In this document: positions 55,237 to 64,000 of the stretch, piece by piece
Numbering within the stretch: the first letter of the stretch is position 1
Layout: every line of letters starts with the position of its first letter
Source: Minisyncoccota bacterium
Lineage (GTDB): Bacteria; Patescibacteriota; Minisyncoccia; Phycocordibacterales; SBAW01
Length of the DNA: 64,000 bases
Assembly: GCA_035510635.1 (NCBI GenBank)
Contig: DATKGU010000003.1
Span: 662-64,661 of the forward strand
Direction: 5' to 3'
Notes under the pieces: model-generated
The model's input: only the letters and a program-made list of their open reading frames with translations
Databases searched by the model: none
Told to the model about the DNA's origin: nothing
Made by a program: the position numbers and the translations under genes

Positions 55237-55974
55237 TTATGCAGCTTCGCCTTTGATAAGGTCGAGATATATCTGCTCGAGCGACGCCTGGCCGCGGCTC
55301 TTAAGCAGGTTTTGCATCGAGTCGTTGACGATAATGGCGCCTTTGTTGATGATGGCAATGTTGCGGCACAACTCCTCGGCCTCTTCGAGATAGTGGGTGG
55401 TGAGGATAATGGTGGTGCCGCCTTTGTTTAACGTGCGCAAAAAGTCCCACATGCCGAGGCGCATCTCAACATCAACGCCTGCCGTGGGCTCGTCGAGGAT
55501 AAGCAGTTTTGGATTATGGATGAGCCCGCGGGCAATCATGAGGCGGCGCTTCATGCCGCCGCTAAGCTCCCGCGAGGGTGTATTGCGCTTGTCCCACAGC
55601 CCCAAGTCTTTAAGCAGCTGCTCGGCGCGCGGCATGACCTCTGTGCGCGACATGCCGTAGTAGCCGGCCTGTGTCAGTACAATATTGATGACCTTTTCGA
55701 AAATATTAAAATTAAACTCTTGCGGCACGACGCCTATGTATGTTTTGGCGCGCGAAGGTTCGGCATCAATAGAGGCGTCAAAGATAAGTGCGTCGCCCGA
55801 TGTTTTGTTGACGAGACTGGTGACAATGCCGATGAGTGTTGTCTTCCCTGCCCCGTTGGGGCCGAGCAACGCAAAAAAGTCGCCTTCCTCGACGGTGAGG
55901 TTTACGCCTTTGAGCGCTTCGACGCCGTTTTGGTATGTCTTGCGCAAGCCGGTGATGCGTAGTGCGTCTTTCAT
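55237..55974 (-). CDS. ABC transporter ATP-binding protein.
   Basis: Walker A GPNGAGKTT, signature LSGGMKRRL, Walker B LILDEP. Confidence 0.9.
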   Translation of the reverse strand: MKDALRITGLRKTYQNGVEALKGVNLTVEEGDFFALLGPNGAGKTTLIGIVTSLVNKTSGDALIFDASIDAEPSRAKTYIGVVPQEFNFNIFEKVINIVLTQAGYYGMSRTEVMPRAEQLLKDLGLWDKRNTPSRELSGGMKRRLMIARGLIHNPKLLILDEPTAGVDVEMRLGMWDFLRTLNKGGTTIILTTHYLEEAEELCRNIAIINKGAIIVNDSMQNLLKSRGQASLEQIYLDLIKGEAA

Positions 55975-56032
55975 GTGGACAAAAAATAGAGCGTCAATCG
56001 CTCATACACACAGTGTACCATATACGCAAAAA

Positions 56033-56260
56033 CTACATTGATGCGGAGCACTCTTTGCAGCTTTTTTTGTGAGTGACGAGGAGCCAAACCGCCGAGATGC
56101 CCACAAGGACATACACGGTCCACAAGACCTGCGGCCAGGATCCAAGCAACATGCCAAGCACGTCCCAATTGCTACCGACAAAACCTCCGAGGCCGATAAG
56201 ACCCCAATCAAGGCCGCCGATAATAAGCAGGATAAACGCTATCATGTGGAGTATTTTCAT
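56033..56260 (-). CDS. DUF378-family small membrane protein.
   Basis: MKILHMIAFILLIIGGLDWGLIGLGGF matches the DUF378 GLNWGLVG signature. Confidence 0.6.
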   Translation of the reverse strand: MKILHMIAFILLIIGGLDWGLIGLGGFVGSNWDVLGMLLGSWPQVLWTVYVLVGISAVWLLVTHKKSCKECSASM

Positions 56261-56367
56261 ATTGTGTTCAGATTAGAAAAATGATGGCAGGCGGCTCGAC
56301 CTATCCGCGCTACTTTAAGTATGGGCTCTCTGCAATTTTTTAACAGCCCACCATGGGGATAGCGTCT

Positions 56368-57744
56368 TTATTGCGACTGGACGCCCGGCAAATATGACAA
56401 GGGGTTTAAATAAGCGGAGAGGTCTGCTACCGGCATGGTGTAGGTTTTGCCGGGGCATCCCGAGCTTGCAAATGAAGCGATTTCTGACCCTGCCGAGGCA
56501 TACACGCCAAAGTGGAGATGCGGGCCGGTGGCGTAGCCGGTGGTGTCGGAGTAGCCTATCACTTCTCCGGTGGTCACTGTGTCACCTTTGGCAACGGCAA
56601 AGCTTGCGAGGTGGCCGTAGAGGGTTGAGAGACCGTTGTCGTGCTTGATAAATATCCATTTGCCAAACGAGGCGCCGGGGCATGTGAGGTCGGTATTGCC
56701 GGTGCCGAGCACCACGCCTTCGCGTGCGGCAAGGACCGGCGTGCCGGGGCTTGCGGCAAGGTCAACACCGCTGTGGCCATGGCCGCTGTATATTTGCGGG
56801 TTGGCCGTGGCAAAGGGCGTGTTGCCAAAGTATTGGGTAATACAGGATATGTATCCTTGGCCTGCCGGCGCAGGGCAAGCGCCGCCATACACACCTGCAA
56901 GCGGCCATTGCAAGGCGCCCTGCCCCGTCGAGGGCAAGCTCGTTGCGTTAAACGAGAGATTGAGTTTGCTCTGGAAGCTTAACAAATCGCTTTCAAACCC
57001 CGCCTCTTCTTTTTGCTTTTCGGCAATTTGCGATTGGTAAAGACTTTCCTGATTTTTTGTTTGGGTAAGAAGTTTTGTTTGGCTGTCTTTGGAGATAGAA
57101 AGGCCTTGCTGCTGCTCGGCGAGCGTTTGTTGATAGGCAGCGAGCTGTGCTTTTTGCGCTTCGGCAGCAGTTTCGTTTGTTTTGAGTGTCGTCTTAAGCG
57201 AATTTAAATCGTCTATTTTGTTTTCGAGGTCGGTGCGGACCGAAGCGAGCGTGGTCTCTTCATCAAAAAACGACGATATCGTCCCGCCGCTTAAGAGCAC
57301 TGCAAGCAACGACTCGTTGTCCAAGCTATCCAGCTGGCGGAGTGAATCGCCTATTTCGTTTTGCATTTCGCCTATTTGCGTCGTGGTGGTTGAGATGGTG
57401 GTGTTTATCTGGTTTATTTGCGAATCTTTTTGTTTGATTTGTGCTTGTGCCAGCGTAATGCTTTTTTGGAGTTTTTGAATATTAAGATTGAGCGCCGCAA
57501 CCGCGTTTTGGAGCGTCAATTTTTGAGCACTCGTAGTTGTTAATTGGCTCTGTAACTTGGTGATATCGTCTTGGAGCTGTTTAATTTGCGCGTTGGTTTG
57601 GTCGATTTGCGCTTGGAGTGTCGAGGTTGAGGTTGTACTCTGCGCTTGCGAGTGCGGTGCTTGTGCAAACAAGAGCACCATTGAAGCGCCTAGCATCATA
57701 GACAGAAAAAAAACACCTGCACGCGTCGGGAGTTGGCGTCGCAT
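56368..57744 (-). CDS. M23 family peptidoglycan metalloendopeptidase with long N-terminal coiled-coil (EnvC-like architecture).
   Basis: Signal peptide, Q/L-rich coiled coil, C-terminal HxxxD...GPHLHFGVY M23 motifs. Confidence 0.8.
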   Translation of the reverse strand: MRRQLPTRAGVFFLSMMLGASMVLLFAQAPHSQAQSTTSTSTLQAQIDQTNAQIKQLQDDITKLQSQLTTTSAQKLTLQNAVAALNLNIQKLQKSITLAQAQIKQKDSQINQINTTISTTTTQIGEMQNEIGDSLRQLDSLDNESLLAVLLSGGTISSFFDEETTLASVRTDLENKIDDLNSLKTTLKTNETAAEAQKAQLAAYQQTLAEQQQGLSISKDSQTKLLTQTKNQESLYQSQIAEKQKEEAGFESDLLSFQSKLNLSFNATSLPSTGQGALQWPLAGVYGGACPAPAGQGYISCITQYFGNTPFATANPQIYSGHGHSGVDLAASPGTPVLAAREGVVLGTGNTDLTCPGASFGKWIFIKHDNGLSTLYGHLASFAVAKGDTVTTGEVIGYSDTTGYATGPHLHFGVYASAGSEIASFASSGCPGKTYTMPVADLSAYLNPLSYLPGVQSQ

Positions 57745-57753
57745 CTATCTATT

Positions 57754-59088
57754 TTAAAGCATTTCGGCCGCTTTCTCAATGCGCAGAAGCGTTTTTTGCT
57801 TCCCTATAAGACTTGCGAGCACAAAAGGGTCGGGCGATTTTTCCTTGCCCGAAAGGGCTACGCGCATAGGCCACAGCACCGCTGCCCTACCCACCTCGGT
57901 AGCATAAGGGAATATTGTGTCTTTTACTTTTTCAGCGGTGAAATCTTTGTCACTCACCTGTTGGAGTAGTTCACCAACTTTTTGGAGGTTGGTTTTAACG
58001 ACGCCCGTTTCGGCTTTTGCACCTTGGAGGAGGAGTAGAGGGTCGACAGTGATGCTGGCCTCCATAAATGCAAACTCGCCCGTCCGCAAAAGCTCAGCAG
58101 CTTCGCCTAAGGTTTGAGCACGAGCCTGGAGCTCAGGAGCAATATCAATAAGATACTCGGGAGCCTTTTCTTTATGCTCTTCTAAAAATTCGCGCAACCG
58201 CATCTCGTACTCCGCATTACTTAAACGTTTTATGTGCTGGGCATTTATCCAATTTAATTTTACGATATCAAAGACGGCTCCGCTTTTTTGTACATTATCG
58301 AAACTAAATGCCCCCACCAGTTCATTAAGGGTAAAAAGTTCCTGCTCGGTGCCGGGGTTCCATCCCAAGAGAGCAAGGTAGTTTATAAGTGCCTCCGGCA
58401 AGTATCCAAGTGCGCGGTACTCATTGACCGACACGGCGCCGTGGCGCTTCGAGAGCTTTGTTTTATCGGGTGCCAAAATAAGAGGCATATGGGCATAGAC
58501 AGGGCGCGGGAAACCAAGCGCTTCAATAAGCACTATCTGGCGTGGGGTGTTTGATATGTGATCTTCTCCGCGTATGACGTGCGTTACACCCATTTCAAAA
58601 TCATCTATAACCACCGCCAAGTGATAGAGGGGTTCGTTCATACTGCGTGCAATAACAAAGTCGCCCAGTTCGGTAGTATCAAAAGTAACTTCGCCGCGAA
58701 TCAGGTCGCTAAAGGTGATTACTTTGTTGGGGTTTTTAAAGCGCACGACATGAGTGCCCGGATTGTTTTCGGACTCCTCTGCTTCGTAGGCTAAACCTTT
58801 TTCCACCAGCTGAGTAAAATATTTTTTATACACCTCTGCGCGCTCTGACTGCCGCACTATGTTCGGTGTTTGATACGGTAGGCCAAGCCACCGTAGCCCC
58901 TCGTAAATATCATCCTCAAACTCTTTTTTACTGCGCTCTTTGTCGGTGTCCTCAAAGCGCAAAAACATAGTGCCGCCGTGATGCGCAGCGAAAAGATAGT
59001 TAAACAAAGCGGTACGCACGCCGCCAATATGCAAAAAGCCGGTTGGGCTTGGAGGAAACCTGGTAACGACGGTGTTGTTATTGTTCAT
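57754..59088 (-). CDS. gltX: Glutamyl-tRNA synthetase.
   Basis: HIGH-like PTGFLHIGG, KLSKR; 444 aa. Confidence 0.9.
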   Translation of the reverse strand: MNNNNTVVTRFPPSPTGFLHIGGVRTALFNYLFAAHHGGTMFLRFEDTDKERSKKEFEDDIYEGLRWLGLPYQTPNIVRQSERAEVYKKYFTQLVEKGLAYEAEESENNPGTHVVRFKNPNKVITFSDLIRGEVTFDTTELGDFVIARSMNEPLYHLAVVIDDFEMGVTHVIRGEDHISNTPRQIVLIEALGFPRPVYAHMPLILAPDKTKLSKRHGAVSVNEYRALGYLPEALINYLALLGWNPGTEQELFTLNELVGAFSFDNVQKSGAVFDIVKLNWINAQHIKRLSNAEYEMRLREFLEEHKEKAPEYLIDIAPELQARAQTLGEAAELLRTGEFAFMEASITVDPLLLLQGAKAETGVVKTNLQKVGELLQQVSDKDFTAEKVKDTIFPYATEVGRAAVLWPMRVALSGKEKSPDPFVLASLIGKQKTLLRIEKAAEML

Positions 59089-60208
59089 GGGAGACAGCTA
59101 TATCGAGCAATACGTTGGCTATGGTTTTGGCGGCATCGGGGCGGGCAAAGTTTTTGGCCGCGTTTTGCATCGTGCGCAAGGTGTCGGGGTGGGCCACGAT
59201 GCGCTCGATTTCGGATACTAACACACCCGAGGTGAGATTGCGCTGCTCAATCACTACTCCCCCGCCATGGCGCGCGTAGGTAAAGGCATTGATGGTTTGG
59301 TCGTGTGAAGTGGGCTCGGGTATCGGGATGAGTATCGAGGGTATGCCCCACATGGCTGCCTCAAATATATTGCCCGCTCCTGCGCGCGAGATAATGAGCG
59401 CGGCGGCGCCGGCCGCCATGTGCGTTGCAACATCGTTGAGATACTCAAACGGTTTGTAACGCTCGGCTATGAGCGAGTCGGTAAGCACCACGCGCGCGCG
59501 GCCCTCTACCTCTTTAATATTGGCGCGGCCGGTTTGATGTATCAGCTGGTATTTGTTGATTAATTGCGGCAATGCGTCGAGGATGGCGTCGTTGATTGTT
59601 TGAGAGCCTTGGCTCCCGCCGGTCACGACGATAATCGGCAGGTCATGGCGGAGTTTAAGAAACTCATAGGCACCTTCGCGCGCCGGTATCATTACCTCTT
59701 TGCGTATGGGGTAGCCCGTGTGCGCCACTTTTTCTTTAGGAAAAAACTCCGCGCCTTCGGCAAATGAGACGGCTATTTTTTTTGCAAATTTTGCCGCCCA
59801 TTTGTTAACGCGGCCCGGGTCGACATCGCACTGGAGTATCACCACCGGGATGCGAAAGAGTCGCGCCGCAAGCAGTGTTGGAAACGCCATATAGCCGCCG
59901 GTCGAAAATACGACATCCGGGTAAAGGAAAAATATGCGCAACACGGAGCGGAACACTCCCCACCCCGTTTTAAAATAATCAAAAAAATTGAGGATCGAAA
60001 AATAGTTGCGGATTTTGCCCGCTGCCACCGGGACAAACGTGAGGTTGTTGGCCACGAGGAGCTCGCGGTCGTATGGGTCGGATGCGGCATAAAAAAGCTG
60101 CGGCTCGAGCAGTTTGCGCTCGCGCACCTCCTCGTTGAGCGCCTCGGCTACCGCAATGATGGGGTAAAAATGGCCTCCTGTTTTCCCGCCGGTAAAAAGT
60201 ATTTTCAT
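59078..60208 (-). CDS. murG: UDP-GlcNAc--MurNAc-pentapeptide-undecaprenol GlcNAc transferase MurG.
   Basis: MKILFTGGKTGGHFYPIIAV N-terminus (G-loop), full-length MurG. Confidence 0.9.
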   Translation of the reverse strand: MKILFTGGKTGGHFYPIIAVAEALNEEVRERKLLEPQLFYAASDPYDRELLVANNLTFVPVAAGKIRNYFSILNFFDYFKTGWGVFRSVLRIFFLYPDVVFSTGGYMAFPTLLAARLFRIPVVILQCDVDPGRVNKWAAKFAKKIAVSFAEGAEFFPKEKVAHTGYPIRKEVMIPAREGAYEFLKLRHDLPIIVVTGGSQGSQTINDAILDALPQLINKYQLIHQTGRANIKEVEGRARVVLTDSLIAERYKPFEYLNDVATHMAAGAAALIISRAGAGNIFEAAMWGIPSILIPIPEPTSHDQTINAFTYARHGGGVVIEQRNLTSGVLVSEIERIVAHPDTLRTMQNAAKNFARPDAAKTIANVLLDIAVSHEQ

Positions 60209-60224
60209 AAAAGTAGTAGTAACG

Positions 60225-61328
60225 CTATGCCTGCTTCATCCGCCTAGAGACGCTGAGTATCATGCCCACTTCGCAAAGCGATATGGCAAGCGCCGTGCCG
60301 CCATGAGAGACAAAGATGAGCGGGACGCCGATAAGCGGCACCAGCCCCAACGCCGAGGCGATATTGAAAAACGATTGCCCGATAATGAGTATAACAAGGC
60401 CGGTGGCTATGAGTCCACCAAACGGATCGGCGGCCCGAGCCGCGATGCGCAAGCCCAAGAGGCCAAATGCCAGATATAAAAGGACGAGCGCTGTGGCTCC
60501 TATAAAGCCAAACTCTTCGCCGGCGACCGCAAAAATAGAGTCGCCGCTCGGTTCCGGCAGGTACGAAAACTTTTCAATGCCTTGGCCAAAGCCGCGGCCG
60601 GTGAGACCTCCGGAGCCGACCGCAATGAGCGACTGTTGTATTTGCCAGCCGGCGCCCTGCGGGTCGCTCGTTTGATGCAAGAAGGTTTCGATGCGTTGTG
60701 CAATGTACGGCCGCTCGTAGGCCGCACCTGCCACTGCAATGATTCCGATGAGTGCAAGCAGTAAGAGATGCGACATGCGGCCGCCTGCGGCAAAAAGTAT
60801 TGCAACCGAAGCTGCGCCGATGATTATGACGCCGGCCGTGTCGGGTTGTATGATTAAAATAAGAGCCGCGCTCCCGGCAACGAGTGCCAACGGCACGATG
60901 CCGCCAAGCAGCGTGCTCGTTTTTTTAAGTCGGGTTGAGTAAATGGCGGCGAGGAACATGACCGTGGCAAACTTGAGCACCTCCTCGGGTTGGAAGGACA
61001 CCGGCCCGACCACTATCCAGCGCGCGGCGCCCTTAAGCGAGAGGCCGATGTGCGGCACAAAAGTAAGGAGCGACAAAAAAAGTGCGAACACAAAAAAATA
61101 AATGGTGTATGGGCGCCACACGCGATAGTCGATGCGCGCAAAAAAGATAAGCCCAATGCCACCCATCACGAGGCCAAGTAAGAGCTGGCTTACCGCCGCC
61201 GAGGTAAATGAGGCGCCGCCGTCTTCGGCCAAGAGCGAGAGCGAAGCCGAGGTAAAAATAAGAAGACCTGAAACAAGGAGCGCACACAACACGAGAAGAA
61301 ACGGAGCATCTATTGATTTTTTACTCAT
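60225..61328 (-). CDS. ftsW: SEDS-family peptidoglycan glycosyltransferase FtsW.
   Basis: 10 TM helices, SEDS motifs, between mraY and murG. Confidence 0.85.
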   Translation of the reverse strand: MSKKSIDAPFLLVLCALLVSGLLIFTSASLSLLAEDGGASFTSAAVSQLLLGLVMGGIGLIFFARIDYRVWRPYTIYFFVFALFLSLLTFVPHIGLSLKGAARWIVVGPVSFQPEEVLKFATVMFLAAIYSTRLKKTSTLLGGIVPLALVAGSAALILIIQPDTAGVIIIGAASVAILFAAGGRMSHLLLLALIGIIAVAGAAYERPYIAQRIETFLHQTSDPQGAGWQIQQSLIAVGSGGLTGRGFGQGIEKFSYLPEPSGDSIFAVAGEEFGFIGATALVLLYLAFGLLGLRIAARAADPFGGLIATGLVILIIGQSFFNIASALGLVPLIGVPLIFVSHGGTALAISLCEVGMILSVSRRMKQA

Positions 61329-61341
61329 GGCGGTCCTTTTG

Positions 61342-62397
61342 CTACAAAAGCGCGATACTCATGCCAATAATAGCCGCGACCACACCCACTATCCAATAGC
61401 GCATCACTACTTTGTACGGAGGCCACCCGATTGCCTCAAAGTGATGGTGTAGCGGCGCAATGCGGAATATTTTTTTGTGCAGTATTTTTTTGCCGAGGAT
61501 TTGGATGATGTTTGAACACACGGTTGCCACGAGAGGCAGCGCAATAATGGGGAGCACGGTGACTCCCCTGCCGCCACCCAACGTGTCGGTCAAAAAGGCG
61601 ATGACGGTAAGCACGAGGGTCAGCCCCATAGTGCCCGTCTCGGAGAGATAAAAGCGCGCGGGAGGTATGTTAAACCATAAAAAGGCCAACAACCCTCCGG
61701 CAATTGCCGCCGAGAGTGCGGCAATGTCCATTTGGTCTTGAAAAAATGCGATACCCGCATACGCGGCAAATATGGTGGAAAAAATCCCGCCCGCCAGGCC
61801 ATCGATGCCGTCGATAACACCGCCTGCATATATAAAGAGTGCCACCAAGACAAAAAACGGTATAAACCACAGGCCAAGCTGGAGTGGTCCGCCTATAAAA
61901 GGAAAAGAAATTGAACTTACGCCAAGTTTGTCATAAAACCACCATGCGCACAAAAGCGCCACCACAGCGATAATCGAGAGGCGCGCGCGCAGCGGTATCC
62001 CGTGTTGACCGCGCACTTCATAAAGGTCGTCGAGGAATCCGACGAGTGATCCCACCATAAGCGCGGCAAGCGGCACCCATGTTTGATTGCGGCTGATAAA
62101 GGCGAGCGCCTCAAACGCATTGGGAAAGAGCACCCACAACAATTGCAAAAGGCCAGCCGTAAGCAGCACGCTCCCCCATACGATGACGCCGCCAAAAAAC
62201 GGCGTGCCCGTGTCTCTGCCTTCGTGTAGCTGGTTGCGCACCGTTGCGGGAGTGCCGTCGAGCGCCATCTTGCCCGCTTTGGGCTTCCACATTTTATGTT
62301 TATAAAGAAACGGCGTGATAAATGGCGTGATGCCGATGCCAAATAAAAAGGACATCGTTGCAGGAATAAAAATGAGCATGACGTTGTGGGTAATCAT
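61342..62397 (-). CDS. mraY: Phospho-N-acetylmuramoyl-pentapeptide transferase MraY.
   Basis: Polytopic GT4-like membrane protein; DTGTPFFGG region; dcw context. Confidence 0.8.
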   Translation of the reverse strand: MITHNVMLIFIPATMSFLFGIGITPFITPFLYKHKMWKPKAGKMALDGTPATVRNQLHEGRDTGTPFFGGVIVWGSVLLTAGLLQLLWVLFPNAFEALAFISRNQTWVPLAALMVGSLVGFLDDLYEVRGQHGIPLRARLSIIAVVALLCAWWFYDKLGVSSISFPFIGGPLQLGLWFIPFFVLVALFIYAGGVIDGIDGLAGGIFSTIFAAYAGIAFFQDQMDIAALSAAIAGGLLAFLWFNIPPARFYLSETGTMGLTLVLTVIAFLTDTLGGGRGVTVLPIIALPLVATVCSNIIQILGKKILHKKIFRIAPLHHHFEAIGWPPYKVVMRYWIVGVVAAIIGMSIALL

Positions 62398-63362
62398 TGT
62401 TGTGCAAGTTCTGCCTGTCGGCTCGCGTTTACCAAGGTGCGTATGTCATCGAAACGGCCCTCTTCGGTCGAACCAAGGACGACAGCGACAAGCGGATGGT
62501 TTATATCAATATCATACGCCATAACTAAGTTGCCGCCCGCCAAGTCAGTGTATCCTGTTTTTGCGGCAATAAAACCCGGGATATCTTGGAGCGGGAGGGC
62601 TGTGGCTGCTGCGGTTACCGGGTGTCCGCTTGCGTCTACGGTAACCGATGGATTTGAAGAAATCTCAAAATATTGCGGATAGTTTTTTAAAAAATCGCTT
62701 GCGAGCAATGCCACATCGTAGGCTGAGCCGTACGCGCCCGACGTATTTTTGTCGATATCAAGGCCGGTTGGATTGAGGAAGTACGTGTGCGTCAGGCCGA
62801 GCTTGCTCGCGCCCTCGTTCATATCGGTAAGAGAGTTGTTGCCCAAAGAGCCTGCGGCCGCGGCCATTGCGTAGTTTGAGGACGCCGCAAGGCCAATGCG
62901 CACGAGATCGCTCACCTTAAGCACATCGCCCACTTTAAGGACCAAGTCTGCCGCATCATTGTCGGTTGAGATATCTTTTTCCGAGATAGTGACAAGCGTT
63001 GTGGTTGGCACCGAAGAGAGCACTGTTTGCGCGGTCATGAGCTTAGTGAGCGACGCAAGCGGGAGCGTGAGCTCTGCATTTTTTTGATACAAGATTTGTT
63101 TTGTGGTCGGGTCGTACACCACGGCCGCTTTGGCGCTTAAGGAGCCGAGCGGCAGCTCAAAGGCCAGAGAAGTCATTTTTTTTGGCTGCACATGAGCTGA
63201 AAACACGGCCGTTTTGTATGCATACAGCAAAAAAATAATGCCCGCACAGGCACAGAGCCCTGCACCGAGAAGTAAGACAGGCATCGGCACCGATTTTGAT
63301 AATTTTGATAAGCGCGCAAATGTCATGTTAGGAAGTGTGCGGCGCTTCATCCTCTTTGGCAC
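62394..63362 (-). CDS. D-alanyl-D-alanine carboxypeptidase (S11, PBP5/DacC-like).
   Basis: SxxK (ASLTK), SxN (SSN), KTG (AKTGYT); N-terminal TM/signal. Confidence 0.8.
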   Translation of the reverse strand: MPKRMKRRTLPNMTFARLSKLSKSVPMPVLLLGAGLCACAGIIFLLYAYKTAVFSAHVQPKKMTSLAFELPLGSLSAKAAVVYDPTTKQILYQKNAELTLPLASLTKLMTAQTVLSSVPTTTLVTISEKDISTDNDAADLVLKVGDVLKVSDLVRIGLAASSNYAMAAAAGSLGNNSLTDMNEGASKLGLTHTYFLNPTGLDIDKNTSGAYGSAYDVALLASDFLKNYPQYFEISSNPSVTVDASGHPVTAAATALPLQDIPGFIAAKTGYTDLAGGNLVMAYDIDINHPLVAVVLGSTEEGRFDDIRTLVNASRQAELAQQ

Positions 63363-63933
63363 GATACGCGGCTTCGAGCTGCTCTAATTTGGCGCGCGTT
63401 GCGGCATAGTCCGGGAGCTCCGTTTTGCTGTGTATGCCAAGCTCGGCAAACGCTTCGGTGGTGGGCTCGTATAAAAATGAGCGCTCGTCTTTGGGGTTGG
63501 GTATTTTACGCACGAGGCCGCGCATCGTGAGTGTGCGCAGCGTTTGCGTGGAGTTGACGCCGCGGATAAAGTCGACCTCCGCGCGCGTAAGCGGGCCGCG
63601 ATAGAGTATGGCGGCAAGCGCCTCGAGCCCTGCTTTGCCAATGTCGCGCGCGTACTCTTCTTTTTGGATTTGCTCGACTAACTCGGCCGTCTCAGCCCCT
63701 GTGCGCAACTCGAGCGTGGTGCCATCGTCTATCAGGGTAATGCCTCCCGTGTCACGGGCGGCAAATATAAGAAGCGCCGCCCGTATTTCTTCTTCTGAGA
63801 TTTGTAGTTTTTTAGCAATTTTCTGCTTTGAAACAGGCCGACCGAGCGCAAACAAAAGCGCTTCTATATGTGCGGCTATTTTTAGTGGCGTGTGTTCATT
63901 CATACGATGGAGTAGACACGCTGTCGGACTCAA
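63328..63933 (-). CDS. scpB: Segregation and condensation protein B.
   Basis: Tandem winged-helix ScpB similarity (IEALLFALGRPVS...). Confidence 0.8.
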   Translation of the reverse strand: MSPTACLLHRMNEHTPLKIAAHIEALLFALGRPVSKQKIAKKLQISEEEIRAALLIFAARDTGGITLIDDGTTLELRTGAETAELVEQIQKEEYARDIGKAGLEALAAILYRGPLTRAEVDFIRGVNSTQTLRTLTMRGLVRKIPNPKDERSFLYEPTTEAFAELGIHSKTELPDYAATRAKLEQLEAAYRAKEDEAPHTS

Positions 63934-64000
63934 GCGTTATATCGCCATGCTCGCCCTCTTGCGTTGCTCTGATTATACCTTGTTTAACGAGCTCTAATAA

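Noticed and set aside
1-64000. CRISPR arrays, rRNA genes, IS elements/transposases
   Set aside because: No regularly spaced direct repeats, no rRNA-like conserved stretches and no transposase-like ORFs were seen.

Overview
This 64 kb window is a GC-rich (by eye roughly 55-60 %), gene-dense bacterial chromosomal segment with no rRNA genes, CRISPR arrays or IS/transposase genes.

Most of it (about 10.8-64 kb) is conserved housekeeping. It includes translation genes (hpf, fmt, def, frr, proS, lysS, cysS, gltX, rplU, rplI, rpmA, typA, greA), replication and repair genes (holB-like, nth, dnaB, recR, rmuC, alkA-like, scpB), and a large set of cell-envelope and division genes. The envelope set is murA, two mreB paralogs, mreCD-mrdA, mraZ-rsmH-ftsL-ftsI-murF, and on the opposite strand mraY-ftsW-murG plus a dacC-like gene and an M23 peptidase. 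There are tRNA-Glu(CTC) and tRNA-Pro(GGG) genes.

The first ~10.4 kb looks like an accessory integrative defence island. It carries two divergent HEPN-type (LRNxxxHG, Rx4H) proteins, one overlapping a membrane-anchored partner gene. It also carries an M-then-R Type II restriction-modification pair (NPPY gamma-class N6-adenine methyltransferase, translationally coupled by a TAATG overlap to a 244-aa putative XhoI/PaeR7I-like endonuclease). The rest of the island is a Ser/Thr-rich surface protein, a receiver-less OmpR-type winged-helix regulator, and a large serine recombinase.

The recombinase gene abuts the 3' end of a tRNA-Asn(GUU) gene on the minus strand. That tRNA is interrupted in its anticodon loop by a 235-nt group I (IC3, Azoarcus-like) intron with recognisable P1, P7 and R/S elements. 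This is the most striking feature of the window.

Other observations are a three-gene operon of unknowns between rseP and proS, and two perfect long inverted repeats (23-bp arms at 13035-13106 and 22-bp arms at 32682-32726). An array of GTGGG MraZ boxes sits at the mraZ start. Two AT-rich islets are present (48.2-48.5 kb and 52.7-53.5 kb), and a terminator-ended candidate sRNA at 52.5-52.7 kb.

All calls come from reading the sequence and recognising motifs. No database searches were run.
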